DNA of 63,501 nt from Welwitschia mirabilis. Taxonomy: Eukaryota. Below the pieces are notes generated by a model. That model made no database searches. It saw nothing but the letters and a program-made list of their open reading frames with translations, and was not told the origin of the DNA. Positions 12,451-24,759 of the stretch are shown here, one piece after another. Made by a program: the position numbers and the translations under genes. The stretch spans positions 25,273,867 through 25,337,367 of the forward strand of contig JBOZIK010000001.1 in NCBI GenBank assembly GCA_051453625.1, given 5' to 3'. How positions within the stretch are numbered: position 1 is the stretch's first letter; each line of letters starts with the position of its first letter.

Positions 12451-13397
12451 TGAAAACTAATTTATTAAAAAAATTATATATACAATCTATAAGGTAAATA
12501 ACTTGAAATCAAATTAGTTACCTATGTAATGAGATTAAACCTTCTAACTTCCTTGAACTCCTCCTTAGTAATAGCATCGATTTATTAGGGTGCAAATCGT
12601 GTGATGAATCTTATATATCTTCTAAATAATCTTTGATCTTAAGCACTTATAGGTCTTAAATAAAATACACATGGAAACACACTAGTATCTGGGAGTCAAC
12701 CCATTTGTTGTACTCTAGAGGGGAATTATAAAAGAAGAAATTAGAAGATTATTGCAAATGGGTTGATATCCTAATCTAACTTTTAGAATTAAAATGCGTT
12801 GTAACAGATGAAATGCAAAAATGAATGTAATGTGCATAAAATGCAATGTAATCTAAATGCAAATTCTAACTAGGTCAATCAACTTATTGTTACCTAAGTT
12901 AGTCCTCATAACCTATATTAACTACTCATATCTGTTACTTAACTGTAATGACATAACCTTTAAGGAAGATAAAAAGAATATTTAAAATAAATAAATTAAC
13001 CAATATTTTATTAACTAAAATGTTTCACATCTGGTTATAAAGTAACAACTCCTTAATGAAAGAGACATAGCCCAATACTAAGGAAATTCCTTCTTTACAA
13101 TGATTACAAAGTAACAAGTTCTTAATGAAGGAGACACATACCAACACTAAGAAAAGTCTTCCTCTACAACTAATGGATGGATCCCTTGCTTAATCACTCT
13201 TCAAATGTCATAAAAATAATTGATGCAATTAAGATAAGTAAATGGAGGACCTAAGAGGATATTTAATGACTATTCAGATCACTGAAGAGTCCTAATAGAC
13301 CAAAAGCTATTATATCAAGGATTACGTAAATGATGGAGTTTGTTTTGTGTTCTTCATCTCTTCTACATCCCTTCTTGTCTTTTGAATCGTTAGGTAA

Positions 13398-13640
13398 ATG
13401 ACTGTTGATCTTTCATCTTTTCATGTCTTCACCTATATTCTTAGTGACCATTGACTTTTTATATTTCATAATAGTTAAACTTCTTGGTGAATTTTGGCTT
13501 TTCATCTTCCATGACCATTGATCTTTCTGATGACTTTTGAATTTTCATCTTTCATAACCATTGATCTTCTTGGTAATTTTTGACTTTTTATCTTCCATGG
13601 TTGTTGATCTTCTTGGTAACTTTTGGAATGTTATCTTGAT
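13398..13640. repeat. Degenerate ~43 bp tandem repeats inside the LTR
   Basis: gaccattgatcttcttggtgacttttga-like units at ~13400, 13446, 13513, 13556 and 13599. Confidence 0.75.
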
Positions 13641-15227
13641 GTAACATCTTCTTTACATACCGTTGTCTTGATATGTCTTTCTTAAGTGCTTCATAATTAC
13701 TCTACTTTAATTCAAATTATTAGTAATTCTTTGTCATCAAAAGTGATCCATATAAGCATTAAACCTATAAAAAGAACCTAAAAACACACTTAAAACATGA
13801 CATTAAATATGACCAATTCAGCTTACAATAGTGTTTTATGCTTGAATGTCTTCAATTTGTGAAATGTACTTCCAAAGACAGTAATAAACCTACTTATGTT
13901 AGATGAAAGTTCATATTTTCATGAAAATTAATTAAAAAGGAAAAAATACATCATTTTATGGTAAATTGATAAATTGAATGTTTTTCCTGTTTAAGATTAA
14001 TTAATTATACTTGGCTTATAATGTCAATTTTTACATGTAAATACCTCTCTATTAATGTCACAATCTAAGCCAAGTTAATGTTAACTATTAATGAGACCAA
14101 ATGATATAATGGCTAAAGTTTCATTTTGTTTCTTTATAAACTGAGCATCAACTTCACCAATGAATCTTGTTAATAGCATCATTATTCACTTTACAATTTC
14201 CTCTATCTCTTGATATGAGTTGTAGCCTGCTGGCCTAGAATCATTATTGCTATTGTCTGCTCTCATTGATGCTACTACACATATCTGTGCTCTTCATTTT
14301 TTCTTCTTCTCACAATATTTAATTAGCCTTCAACCCTTCCAAATCTTTGATGAGTTAATTTTTATTCTTAAAATTTAATATAATCTAGTTTCTCTTNNNN
14401 NNNNNNNNNNNNNNNNNNNNNNNNNNNNNNNNNNNNNNNNNNNNNNNNNNNNNNNNNNNNNNNNNNNNNNNNNNNNNNNNNNNNNNNNNNNNNNNNNNNN
14501 NNNNNNNNNNNNNNNNNNNNNNNNNNNNNNNNNNNNNNNNNNNNNNNNNNNNNNNNNNNNNNNNNNNNNNNNNNNNNNNNNNNNNNNNNNNNNNNNNNNN
14601 NNNNNNNNNNNNNNNNNNNNNNNNNNNNNNNNNNNNNNNNNNNNNNNNNNNNNNNNNNNNNNNNNNNNNNNNNNNNNNNNNNNNNNNNNNNNNNNNNNNN
14701 NNNNNNNNNNNNNNNNNNNNNNNNNNNNNNNNNNNNNNNNNNNNNNNNNNNNNNNNNNNNNNNNNNNNNNNNNNNNNNNNNNNNNNNNNNNNNNNNNNNN
14801 NNNNNNNNNNNNNNNNNNNNNNNNNNNNNNNNNNNNNNNNNNNNNNNNNNNNNNNNNNNNNNNNNNNNNNNNNNNNNNNNNNNNNNNNNNNNNNNNNNNN
14901 NNNNNNNNNNNNNNNNNNNNNNNNNNNNNNNNNNNNNNNNNNNNNNNNNNNNNNNNNNNNNNNNNNNNNNNNNNNNNNNNNNNNNNNNNNNNNNNNNNNN
15001 NNNNNNNNNNNNNNNNNNNNNNNNNNNNNNNNNNNNNNNNNNNNNNNNNNNNNNNNNNNNNNNNNNNNNNNNNNNNNNNNNNNNNNNNNNNNNNNNNNNN
15101 NNNNNNNNNNNNNNNNNNNNNNNNNNNNNNNNNNNNNNNNNNNNNNNNNNNNNNNNNNNNNNNNNNNNNNNNNNNNNNNNNNNNNNNNNNNNNNNNNNNN
15201 NNNNNNNNNNNNNNNNNNNNNNNNNNN

Positions 15228-17900
15228 GAAGAAAAGGAATATTCATTAAGGGAGATCATTTCTTACCATATCTCTCCTTCTGTGCACCTTATCACTTAGC
15301 TAAAATAGAGTTAAAAAATTGGAAATATCTAATAAGGGAGAAAGTCACTTACTACTATCATAAAGGAGTACTTGAATTTCATAGAAATGGAATAAGGGAT
15401 GAGGAGGACTCTTGGGTAATCCATTTTTATGTTCATGTCACTTCTTTTATCATTACTTTATGTGATAGGGAGTATTTTTAGAGTAACCCATAATGATGAT
15501 TTACCATTCTTACTTACCAAAATCCTTAGTTTTTATTGTGAAGCCTCAAATATAGAATATTATCTTAATAGGAAATGTTTCTTATCATGCAAATATCTTC
15601 ATGAAAACTAAATTTTCCTTCTTATATTAGAAATATTTTGCCATATCCCCTATCGCTGATGCATAGTAGTCAGTTGGACATGCTCAGAATAATTCAAGAT
15701 AGTAAACATTTTCATATGCTTAAATGTATTTTTGGAACCATTGTTATCCATGTAGAAATCAAGAGCAACTTACCAATTTCTTATCTTGTTTCAAATTTTC
15801 TTTACAATGTTTTTCACGCAATCATAGTTGCAATGATTAGGCTAGATATATTTAAAAACCATTACATCTAAGAATTTTACCTAAATAAATAAGTGCAAGA
15901 ATGAGAATTGGATCTAAAGAGAACTTCAAAAAGAGGAATAAGAATAAGAACAAGAAGAACCTCAAGGTTTCTCTTCAATTCATTCTCAGACCCTTCTTCT
16001 TCATCACTTCTAGTTAATAGAAGGAAGGGTAAAGGACCCATTAGAGAAACTTATCATATACCTTATTCTTATTCTTCTCTTTCTCATCCTCATAATTTAT
16101 CTTCTACTTTAAGTGATACATTTTTAGAACATGTGACAAAGATTTAAAAGACTTGGATAGTAAAGCTTTCTAGTAAGATGAAGAAAATTTTCAAGAAGAA
16201 AAACAAGATCTCTAAGAATAAGAAATAGATGGATAAAAATCTTGAAAGACTTATTTCTCATAAAAGATCCATTAGTCAAAATGTTTTTTACATTTCTTTT
16301 TTAAGGTAGTCTCTTTCCATGTAGTATTTTAAGATGTACTTTTCACTAATTTACATTTCTCTTTCATAACTAATTGCATGAACTCCTTCTTGATATAATG
16401 GTAACATTATTATCATGTTCATTTCAACTTCCATAATAATAAATTTGATGATCAAGTTATATTTGGTTAGGAGGAATAAGAGTTTTACTAAAAAGTTTTA
16501 TCTTTAATATTTAGAAAATTTGAATTAATGAAATAAGCCTTGAATTTGGCTAAATTTTTCCAACTTTTTCATGGATATTTTTTTAAAAATTAAATGCTTT
16601 TACATTATGAGTTTTTCTTGTTAGGAAATTTTCACATATTTTTGCTAAGTGACTAGAAAAAGGTTGATTGTGGCATGTGATAACATTTGAAATTTATCAT
16701 TTATTTTAAGTATTTAATGCTAATTTATCATTATAAAGTTATGATTATCTTAATTTATATCATTAAAGTCATGAGAAACTTAGATTTTACCTTTGTCAAT
16801 GATTTTTTTAAGTCTTTGACTGGATGCTAAGGAATAAGCCAAAATCTTAAAAGATAACTCCATAGAAACCTAGTAGCATTGGTAGGATTTAAGAGTGGCA
16901 CTTATTATGTTTTACATATTTGATTCATTATTATGTTCTAGGGCTTATGTAGCTGACAAGTTCATTGAGAAATTAATCTGCTCATCTAACATTACTAAAA
17001 ATTTTTCAAATTTGGAAACCCTAATCCTAACCATAATTTTTAGGCTATAAAAAGACACTTAAGACTTATTTTGAAATATCTTATTACATTTTACCTTTTG
17101 AAAATATTTTGAAAAATCAAAGGATCCCTAATTATGTATATTTCCTTGAGGAATGGACTATCCCTAACACTAACATGATATTTTAATATTTAACTCTAGT
17201 ATTTTACAATTATGTAGATTTTAATTTATTACTTTAATAAGGTAGAACTATTTCTTCAATTTAGTTTCTTGATTTTAAGATGTAAATGTTTTCTTTTATA
17301 CTTGTAATACTTAATTTAGGTTAAATCATATTGATCCTTCATATCATTTCTAGATGATTCTTCATGTTCTTATCTTAGTTTATGATTTAACTTTTATTTA
17401 ATAATCTTTGAAATGTTTACCTACTTTTCATGCTTATGAAGTAGGTTATAAAGCTAATGTGTATTAGAGACTTCATTGAAATGTTTATCTACTTTTCATA
17501 CTTATGAAGTAAGTTATGAAAACTAAGGTAGCTTAGAAACTTTACTTCCACTTACATAATGAATGGGATTATGTCATAATGTTTGAGATAAAATGATGGC
17601 CTGATATGATTTCTCTGACTTAATCATAGAGTAAATCATTATAGTGAGGATTCATGATATTTTTGTTAANNNNNNNNNNCATGCTAGATGATTAAAGCTA
17701 TGATTCATTTCTAGTTCTCTTCATGATGAATAACCCTTTCTTTATAATTACTAAAACTTTCTATGACATTTTTGGAACTTGATATGATATTTGCTTTACT
17801 TCTCTTTTACTACATGTATACCTTGGACAGAATAACATTGGGAATATACTTTAAATGAAAGTCCTAGATATATTTTGTAAAATTTTGGTTTGGATTTGTA
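15228..17900 (+). mobile_element. Probable highly decayed 3' region/LTR of a gypsy element
   Basis: Only weak signs: PPT-like ttggttaggaggaat (~16463), TATA-like ctataaaaag (~17045) and a ~69 bp duplication at 17410-17543. Confidence 0.3.
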
Positions 17901-19589
17901 ATATTTATATCCCTAAGGCAATATTACATAAACTCATAATATTCACAGTGATACAAGCATAGCTAAATTTTACCACAAATGGATCCACTTCTTATGGCTA
18001 ATGGATTTTTTATATTTTATGACTTGTGGATTTTCTATCTTGCAAATTTCTTCCTTGGTCTCTTGATGCCTCTAATATTAAACATTAGTCCCTAGCTACC
18101 TTCATTAAATGTATCTATTCATAAATTCTCACTTCATTTATTTTCTACACCTAAAGTATCTGCACTAAAACTTGTGCATGAAAACATCAATCTAGAAAAT
18201 AATATGTTAACAATCATTTTTGTATTAGAATATTTTTCTAAGATGCGCAAGTGGATGGACGGCTTGCATGAAATTGAGTTCTCATAGCTAGCTTCATTAG
18301 AATCAGATCCTTCTCCTACCATCATCTGCAACTTAAAGATGCAAAGATGTTGAATACCAAGAGAGAGTTTTATTCTCTTATTTCTTTATGTAGTTTTAAC
18401 TTTCTTGTCCTTTAAGAGCTTATAAACTACCTTTATTATTTGCTATATTAGATTTTCTATAGTGGTTTACATAATTCCAAGATTAATTATATTTTATTAC
18501 CTTTTAGAGATTTAATTCATTTGAATGTAGAAAATCCATACAATTCTACAATATCTTGTTACCCATAAATCGTCAATGGTTTATGGAAATAATCTTAACT
18601 ATTATTATAGAATTATTTTATAATGCCAGCTTTAAATTACTACTGACATGGTTTATAAATTTTAGAATGGAAGGGATTTAAAGGTTCAACCTAAATGGTA
18701 AGATATGGAAGTTATTATGATGTTACCTACGTGGAATTCTAGGTTGTATGAATAGTGAGATTAATTATGCCTTGTCGTTCATAGAGAATGAATAGCCATT
18801 TCATGTATCATATGCCCTAAACTACATACTTTAGTAAAAAGTAGAATAATGTTTTAAATAAGTCTTGTAGTGTATATTTAGTTACTCCCTTGTTTGATAG
18901 ACCATATACTCTTTTCATGGGAAACAACAATGCTATAAGATGTTTTTATTTATACCTGGCTATAAATTTTATTCTAATCATGCTTTGTTATTAACTAAAA
19001 GTTTTTCGGATGATTTACACTATGGATTTATTTAATCATTAGCTAAATGAATTAATTATACATTTTATTTAATCTAATCTAAATTATTTTATTTTTGTGT
19101 CACATATGATTTAGATTAGAACTAGATATTACAGAAACCATTAAGAGTAGTCACTTCTTTAATGAGGTCTATTTTAATTTTAATTTTACATTTTCTCCTT
19201 ATAAGTAAGCCCTATAATAAGCCTTAAAAAATAAATTATAATATATAAAGAAGCTTCTTTAGCTACTAACTTATCTTTTATCTTGTTTCTATACTGGACA
19301 TATTGAAAGCTCATGTAAATTTTTGGGCAATTGATTTTTCTTATAAGGCCATCACAATAAAAGCTCTATAAGTTTGTGCATAAAAAATTTAAGTTCTAGT
19401 TGAATTATCTTACTTAATATCTATTTAGTATTTCATGATGGTTTTCATATTATAGTAAAATAAACAAGCACTTTTAAGCAAATTGAAACTTTTTTCTTCC
19501 CTTGTATTTGGCTTTGAGATTTATTGAAGTCATAGTTATATGAATTTATTAATTCTTTGGATTGATTTACTTCATGATGGCTTCATGGT

Positions 19590-20950
19590 GTAAAACCCCT
19601 CCACATTACTTATGACTCATACATGTTCTCATACCTTAAGGATCTATACAACTTAGCTATTTTTAAATCTTATAAGGTATCACTAAATTAACTAAGTTAT
19701 TAGGAAAGCTATTTATGCTTAGGATCCTAACTAATGAAACTGGAATTATGGACTTAAAATAATGGTCTTAACTAATAAAGTAATGTGGTTAGAAATTGTG
19801 GACAATTTCTAAGCAACACCTTCATGTCTTCTTCATATGGCTTTTAGGAATTACTAATCTATCATCCACCTTTTTCTTCTCTTTGTTCAACTTATATAAC
19901 TCCATGATCCAAGATTTATCCTTTATAGGTTATCCATTGTACTTTAATAAGTTAAAAACATTAAATGTATGTGAAATACCCATGTTCTATAGAAGATCTA
20001 ACTTGCAAATATTTGGAGAAATATTCCTCACAATTATGCATACATCAATCTTCTCGAAGTTGATTTTATTATAGGTTTCTATGGGAAATATTTCTTTCTA
20101 AAGTGTGCCATTAGTATATAATCCTATTCAAACTTCACATGTCTTTTATGCTTGTATACTGCATCTTTAGCATTCGTGTTTGATGCTTTTAAAGCTTGTC
20201 AAACATATTCATGGAGTTCTATGATTCTCTTTGCATAGTTTACTATTACTCAGGGTTCTGACATATTATGTAATATACAATTCTTGGATGATATTCATAT
20301 ACCATGTCAAATGGTAGTTTTCCTTTTTTTTAATTAAAGTATTATGATAAAATTATACATGTAGTAGGTAATCCTCCTCCCTATCCAACTTACTTTTACA
20401 AAGGAATCTAAGTAAGATTATCAACACTAAGATTCATCACTTCTTTTCATTCATCCATTTTTGAATCATATACTAAAGAATAATGTAAGTTACTATCCAT
20501 CGTGTGATGTAGAATCCTTTAAAAATGATAAAGAAACTTAGTTTTCTTTATCTTAAACTATTATCTTTGGAAACCCATGAAGACACATAGTCTTTTGGAA
20601 GAATACTATAGTAATGCATGAAGCATCATTAACCTTGTTATAAGGAATAGAGTGTATCATCTTACTAAATTTTTAGACTATCAAAGTGTATCATTTTACT
20701 GAATTTCTAGACCATCACCATGATGGAATCATATCCTCTCTTAAAATGACATAATATCAAGATTAAATTCATACATGATCCTATCATGAATTTTTTATAA
20801 CTAGTAATAACATCTACAATCCTATATTTGTTAATCCTCTCTTCACTCTTTGACATGTAAACCAATTTTGCACCATTCACTACACATCCCTATCATGTTT
20901 TACCAATGGTATAATCTCTTCAATGCTACATAAGTGTTATCAAACTTACA
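19590..20950 (-). pseudogene. pol: Degenerate integrase of a CRM-like Ty3/gypsy element
   Basis: Minus-strand reads: RGYDSIMVMV*KFSKMIHF (cf. RGxDSIFVVVDRFSKMAHF), CLHGFPKIIV*DK (cf. RLHGxPKSIVSDRD), KHKRHVKFE...MAHFRKKYFP, NMGISHTFNVFNL. PPT-like gtggagggg near 19600. Confidence 0.8.
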
Positions 20951-21929
20951 TGATCAGTAAAAATTTAATGTATATTTTTATTATATGTTAACATGTTTTA
21001 ATAGTAAATTAGTATACTTATTATTATATATATATATATATTAATATTATGTTAGTATGTTAGTGGTTAATATATCATATATGTTATTATCAATAATCAT
21101 TATAGGTAAAAATTCCACTTAGCATGAACATAAATAATAAGAAGTAACTTTCTGAAGAACAACCTAATGAACAAAACTATTCTAGAGGAGAAAGAAAAGG
21201 GGGAAAAAAAAAAAGAAATCAAGAAAAAGGGATATAAAGAAAGAAGTCTAGTTACAAAGAACATCTTTTGGGAAGGAGCAAACTAGAAATAGTACTTGTC
21301 TAGAGATCCACCACAAAAGTAATCTTAAAGCTCTATTGTATCTATAAAAAGAAATCATAAGCTTTTTTCCCAACTCCAATGTTACTTATAAATAAAATAT
21401 TCATTACCATTAGTTTATCTCATATATGGATACATGTTAAGTGATGTATTGTATCATTGATATTAATGAAGAATTAAAAATTTATCTTTTATGTTGTTTA
21501 TATTTTAAAATTTCTTGAAAAAGTGATGTCTATTTTTCTTACTTTAGTATATGTAGCTAAACATATGCTAGAATAATTCGTGGGGCTTATAAATATGTTG
21601 CTTATAAATATGTGCTGCTTCAGCAACATATTTGTATTAAATGCTTTCTATTTTTCCCTCTTAACAATGTATATTATGTATATAGTGGAAATGTGTTAAT
21701 CTCTAACTTAATTTATTCAAGTTAATCTCTATGAAAAGTTCATCCAGTTAATACAATTTGAGTTAATTTGGTTAGAAATCTAACCATCTTAACTAGTTAT
21801 TTAGGAAGCCTTCATTTTTGGATGAATAATTAAAGATAGTCTTCATGTTAGTAGTTTTACATTTCCAATATTTTAATGCATATTTTTCTAATACTTATAC
21901 ATATTTTTATTAAACATTATCCTTTATCA
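20951..21929 (+). repeat. Putative 5' LTR of element D
   Basis: Starts TGAT exactly where the CRM integrase is cut, ends ATCA, has a TATA-like ctataaaaag (~21343), and is followed by a PBS-like tgatactagaagga at 21933-21946. Confidence 0.55.
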
Positions 21930-22399
21930 TTTTGATACTAGAAGGATAATACTACTAAAGCCAACTAGTAAAGATGAAAAAGTCCATAATTCAAAAACAT
22001 AGTCAAGAAAAATGAGATATAAAAGAGGAATATATGTTAGAGACCTTGAGAAATCTGATTTAGAAAAATAAACAAGGAATCAAGTTAAATTATAAATATA
22101 AAAAGAAGACTTAAGAGGTTGATGAAACCAATTTATAATAAATTCTTAAAGGAAAAAAATTCCTACTTCAACTTATGAATTATATGGAAAAGAAAATTTT
22201 CACTCTCCTTAAGGCACCTTTTATTTGAGGAAAAATATCTAAGATAGAGATAAATTATAATAATTCAAAAGCACATAATAAAAAAAAAATTATAATAGGT
22301 TTCTATTGAAAAGCTCAAGAAGAATTGAGACATTTAAATGATGATGCTCATTAGTTTAAAGATTTAAGTCCCATTAAATCTAATTCTCTAGAATTTCCT

Positions 22400-24640
22400 G
22401 AGAACATGAGGAATATTGGTATTACATCTATATCCAATTTTAAAGGAAATAGTTCTAAATAATTTTTACTCCACTTCATTTTATTTTACATTTTTTATAA
22501 GGTATTATTTTACTCTTTCTGTAAGGTAAATCGTCTCTACTCACAATCTAAATATCTGAGATATTTTCCCTTTTATCTTAAAGAAGAAGCTTAACTATGA
22601 TATCATAGGACTTCCAACCATGCTGTTAGCTCATGCGGAGTTCTTAAAAATGCTTTATTAGGTAAATTCTATCTCATGATAGTACTTTAAGACTTAAGAA
22701 AATAACTATTGGAAATTAAGCAAAAATACATTTAAATATTTGATGGATTTATGGACAAGTATAACGTATTGATAACTAAATGTTCTAATCATGAAATATT
22801 TGATATAGAAAGAATTAGAGCCTTACTAAGAGAACTACAAAGATAAACCTTAAAAGAGTTAGATTTATTATGTAGGAGGAGTATTAAGATGAATAATATG
22901 TAAGAAATGGAGTAAACTATTACCCTATTGTATGATATCAATTAAGGATGGATGCAAGAATAAGAAGAAGGTAAATGAGATGATAATCTTTGAAATAGAA
23001 GATAGTATGTATATCTCTAAACATATGTCTTGTAGAAGAAGTAGCCAAAAAAGTAACTGATAGTATGATAACAAAGTTTGATTAGTTAACTATACAACAT
23101 CTAAAATAAGAATAAGTTTTTATTTGTGAACATCATGGGGAAGATGATTATGAGTGAATAGAATGTTCTTAGATGCAAGAACTTGTCCAATTATTATACA
23201 TAAAGATGTTAGATCTAAATTTAAAGAATTAACCCTAGGGAAGGAATGGACCATATCCTTACTAAAATAGAAAATGAAAAGAAAGACCAGAAAAACCCTT
23301 GCAAAGATATATTAACTCTGAAAGGTAAAAACAATTTGATTACTATAGAAAATAGATATATAAAAATTAAGAAAATAATAAGGATAAATAAGAAGTAGAA
23401 AAGAAAGAAGAAAGGATCCCTACTCAACCTTAAAAAAATTCAAGAAATGCCACTAGTAAAGCTATAACTACTAGATTAAGAAAACCTATGATAATGGATT
23501 GCACTCCTAAAAGATTAAATAACTCAAGTAACTTACCTATAAAATAAAAAACTAGTGTCAAAAGAAAGGTATTAGTAGATAAGTAATTAGAGCATTTATT
23601 ATTTCCAATGAGAAGTAGATAAATTGATCACCCTAAAGTTAAAAAGTACTTATAAAATCTAGTCAAAGCTTTAGAGGACANNNNNNNNNNNNNNNNNNNN
23701 NNNNNNNNNNNNNNNNNNNNNNNNNNNNNNNNNNNNNNNNNNNNNNNNNNNNNNNNNNNNNNNNNNNNNNNNNNNNNNNNTTATAAAATCTAGTCAAAGC
23801 TTTAGAGGACATCACAATCTTATTACCTCTTATAAAGATGTTAAAATATGTACCTATGTATTAGAGGCAAATGCAAAGAATGGACTCAAAGAAAAGGAAT
23901 AAAAAGAAAGTCAAGGAGAAAAAAAAAGAGATGATTAAGAAAGATCAAGTTTCTTGGGCCTCTACATAAGTTCTTTAGAATCAATAGCATAAAATTACAG
24001 TGATATGAAAAGCCCCTGATAGATAGGAAAGTTAATAATAAATTAAAGTTAGAAGGTTTGGTAGGTCTAATGGATAGTGTTAATGTGATGAATTATAAGA
24101 CTTATAAGGAATTAGAAAAAACAAAGCTAACACCCTATTATGAAAGGTCTATTTAGCTAATGGATCAATAGTTACACCAAAAAAAAGTCCTAAAATATGT
24201 ACCTATTAAACTCTAAGGATTTATTTATTTAATTGGTTATATAGTAATGAAAACACAAGGAGAAATTCATGTAATCATTTTAAGTAGAATGTGGATGGCC
24301 ATTGCTAATACCACCATCTAATCTAGGGAAGGGATAATGAAAATAAACATAGAAGAACTTAAAAAATACATTAAATTATTAAATAATACTATTATAGAGA
24401 AAATAGAAGAAAGTTTAACAACTTAAGAAATAGAAAAACCTTTTCTTAAAGAAGGGATAAAGTACATAGAAGTATCCCTAATCAATCCTTAATTATTAAT
24501 TCTAATTTAACTCATTCTTAAAATAGAAAACTTAAGAGGATCTTAGTTAAAAAGAAAGAAAGCTATGCTTAGGATCATAATAATATTCAAGAAATAGATC
24601 TAAAGATTTACCAATATAGAACTTATTTATATGACTTAAT
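22400..24640 (+). pseudogene. gag: Degenerate gag-protease of Athila/OTA-like element D
   Basis: IFPFYLKEEA*L*YH (~22560), LANGSIVTPK (~24154), VIILSRMWMAIANTTI (~24271), and pre-RT segment *DHNNIQEIDLKIYQYRTYL (~24570). Confidence 0.75.
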
Positions 24641-24759
24641 TAAATTGAATAAACTTAAACTAAAATTGAAACTAATATCTTATTACATCTAGAAAAACTT
24701 CATTGGTGTTTTAAATCATTTAAGTAATATAATGTACATTAGTATCAATATTTCTAGAG

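Larger units (their letters stand above)
9650..13880 (-). mobile_element. Athila-like Ty3/gypsy remnant: 5' LTR (~12583-13880), PBS, repeat-rich leader, highly decayed gag
   Basis: PBS 12562-12579 matches TGGCGCCGTTGCCGGGGA (tRNA-Asp type) by transitions only. Minus-strand remnant FCKDNSHH..DCLILSTYKEIFHEEACAFN (~10680-10770) resembles the Athila gag CxxCxxxxHxxxxC region. Confidence 0.6.

Noticed and set aside
13881-14396. Possible MITE/DNA transposon
   Set aside because: No clear terminal inverted repeats or TSD visible; right end lies in a gap.
14368-15259. Two ~290 aa ORFs
   Set aside because: Almost entirely N gap.
15429-16147. Short ORFs as a possible host gene
   Set aside because: No recognisable domain or exon structure; consistent with decayed TE sequence.
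17900-19590. Possible CRM LTR
   Set aside because: No partner LTR or clear termini in the window.
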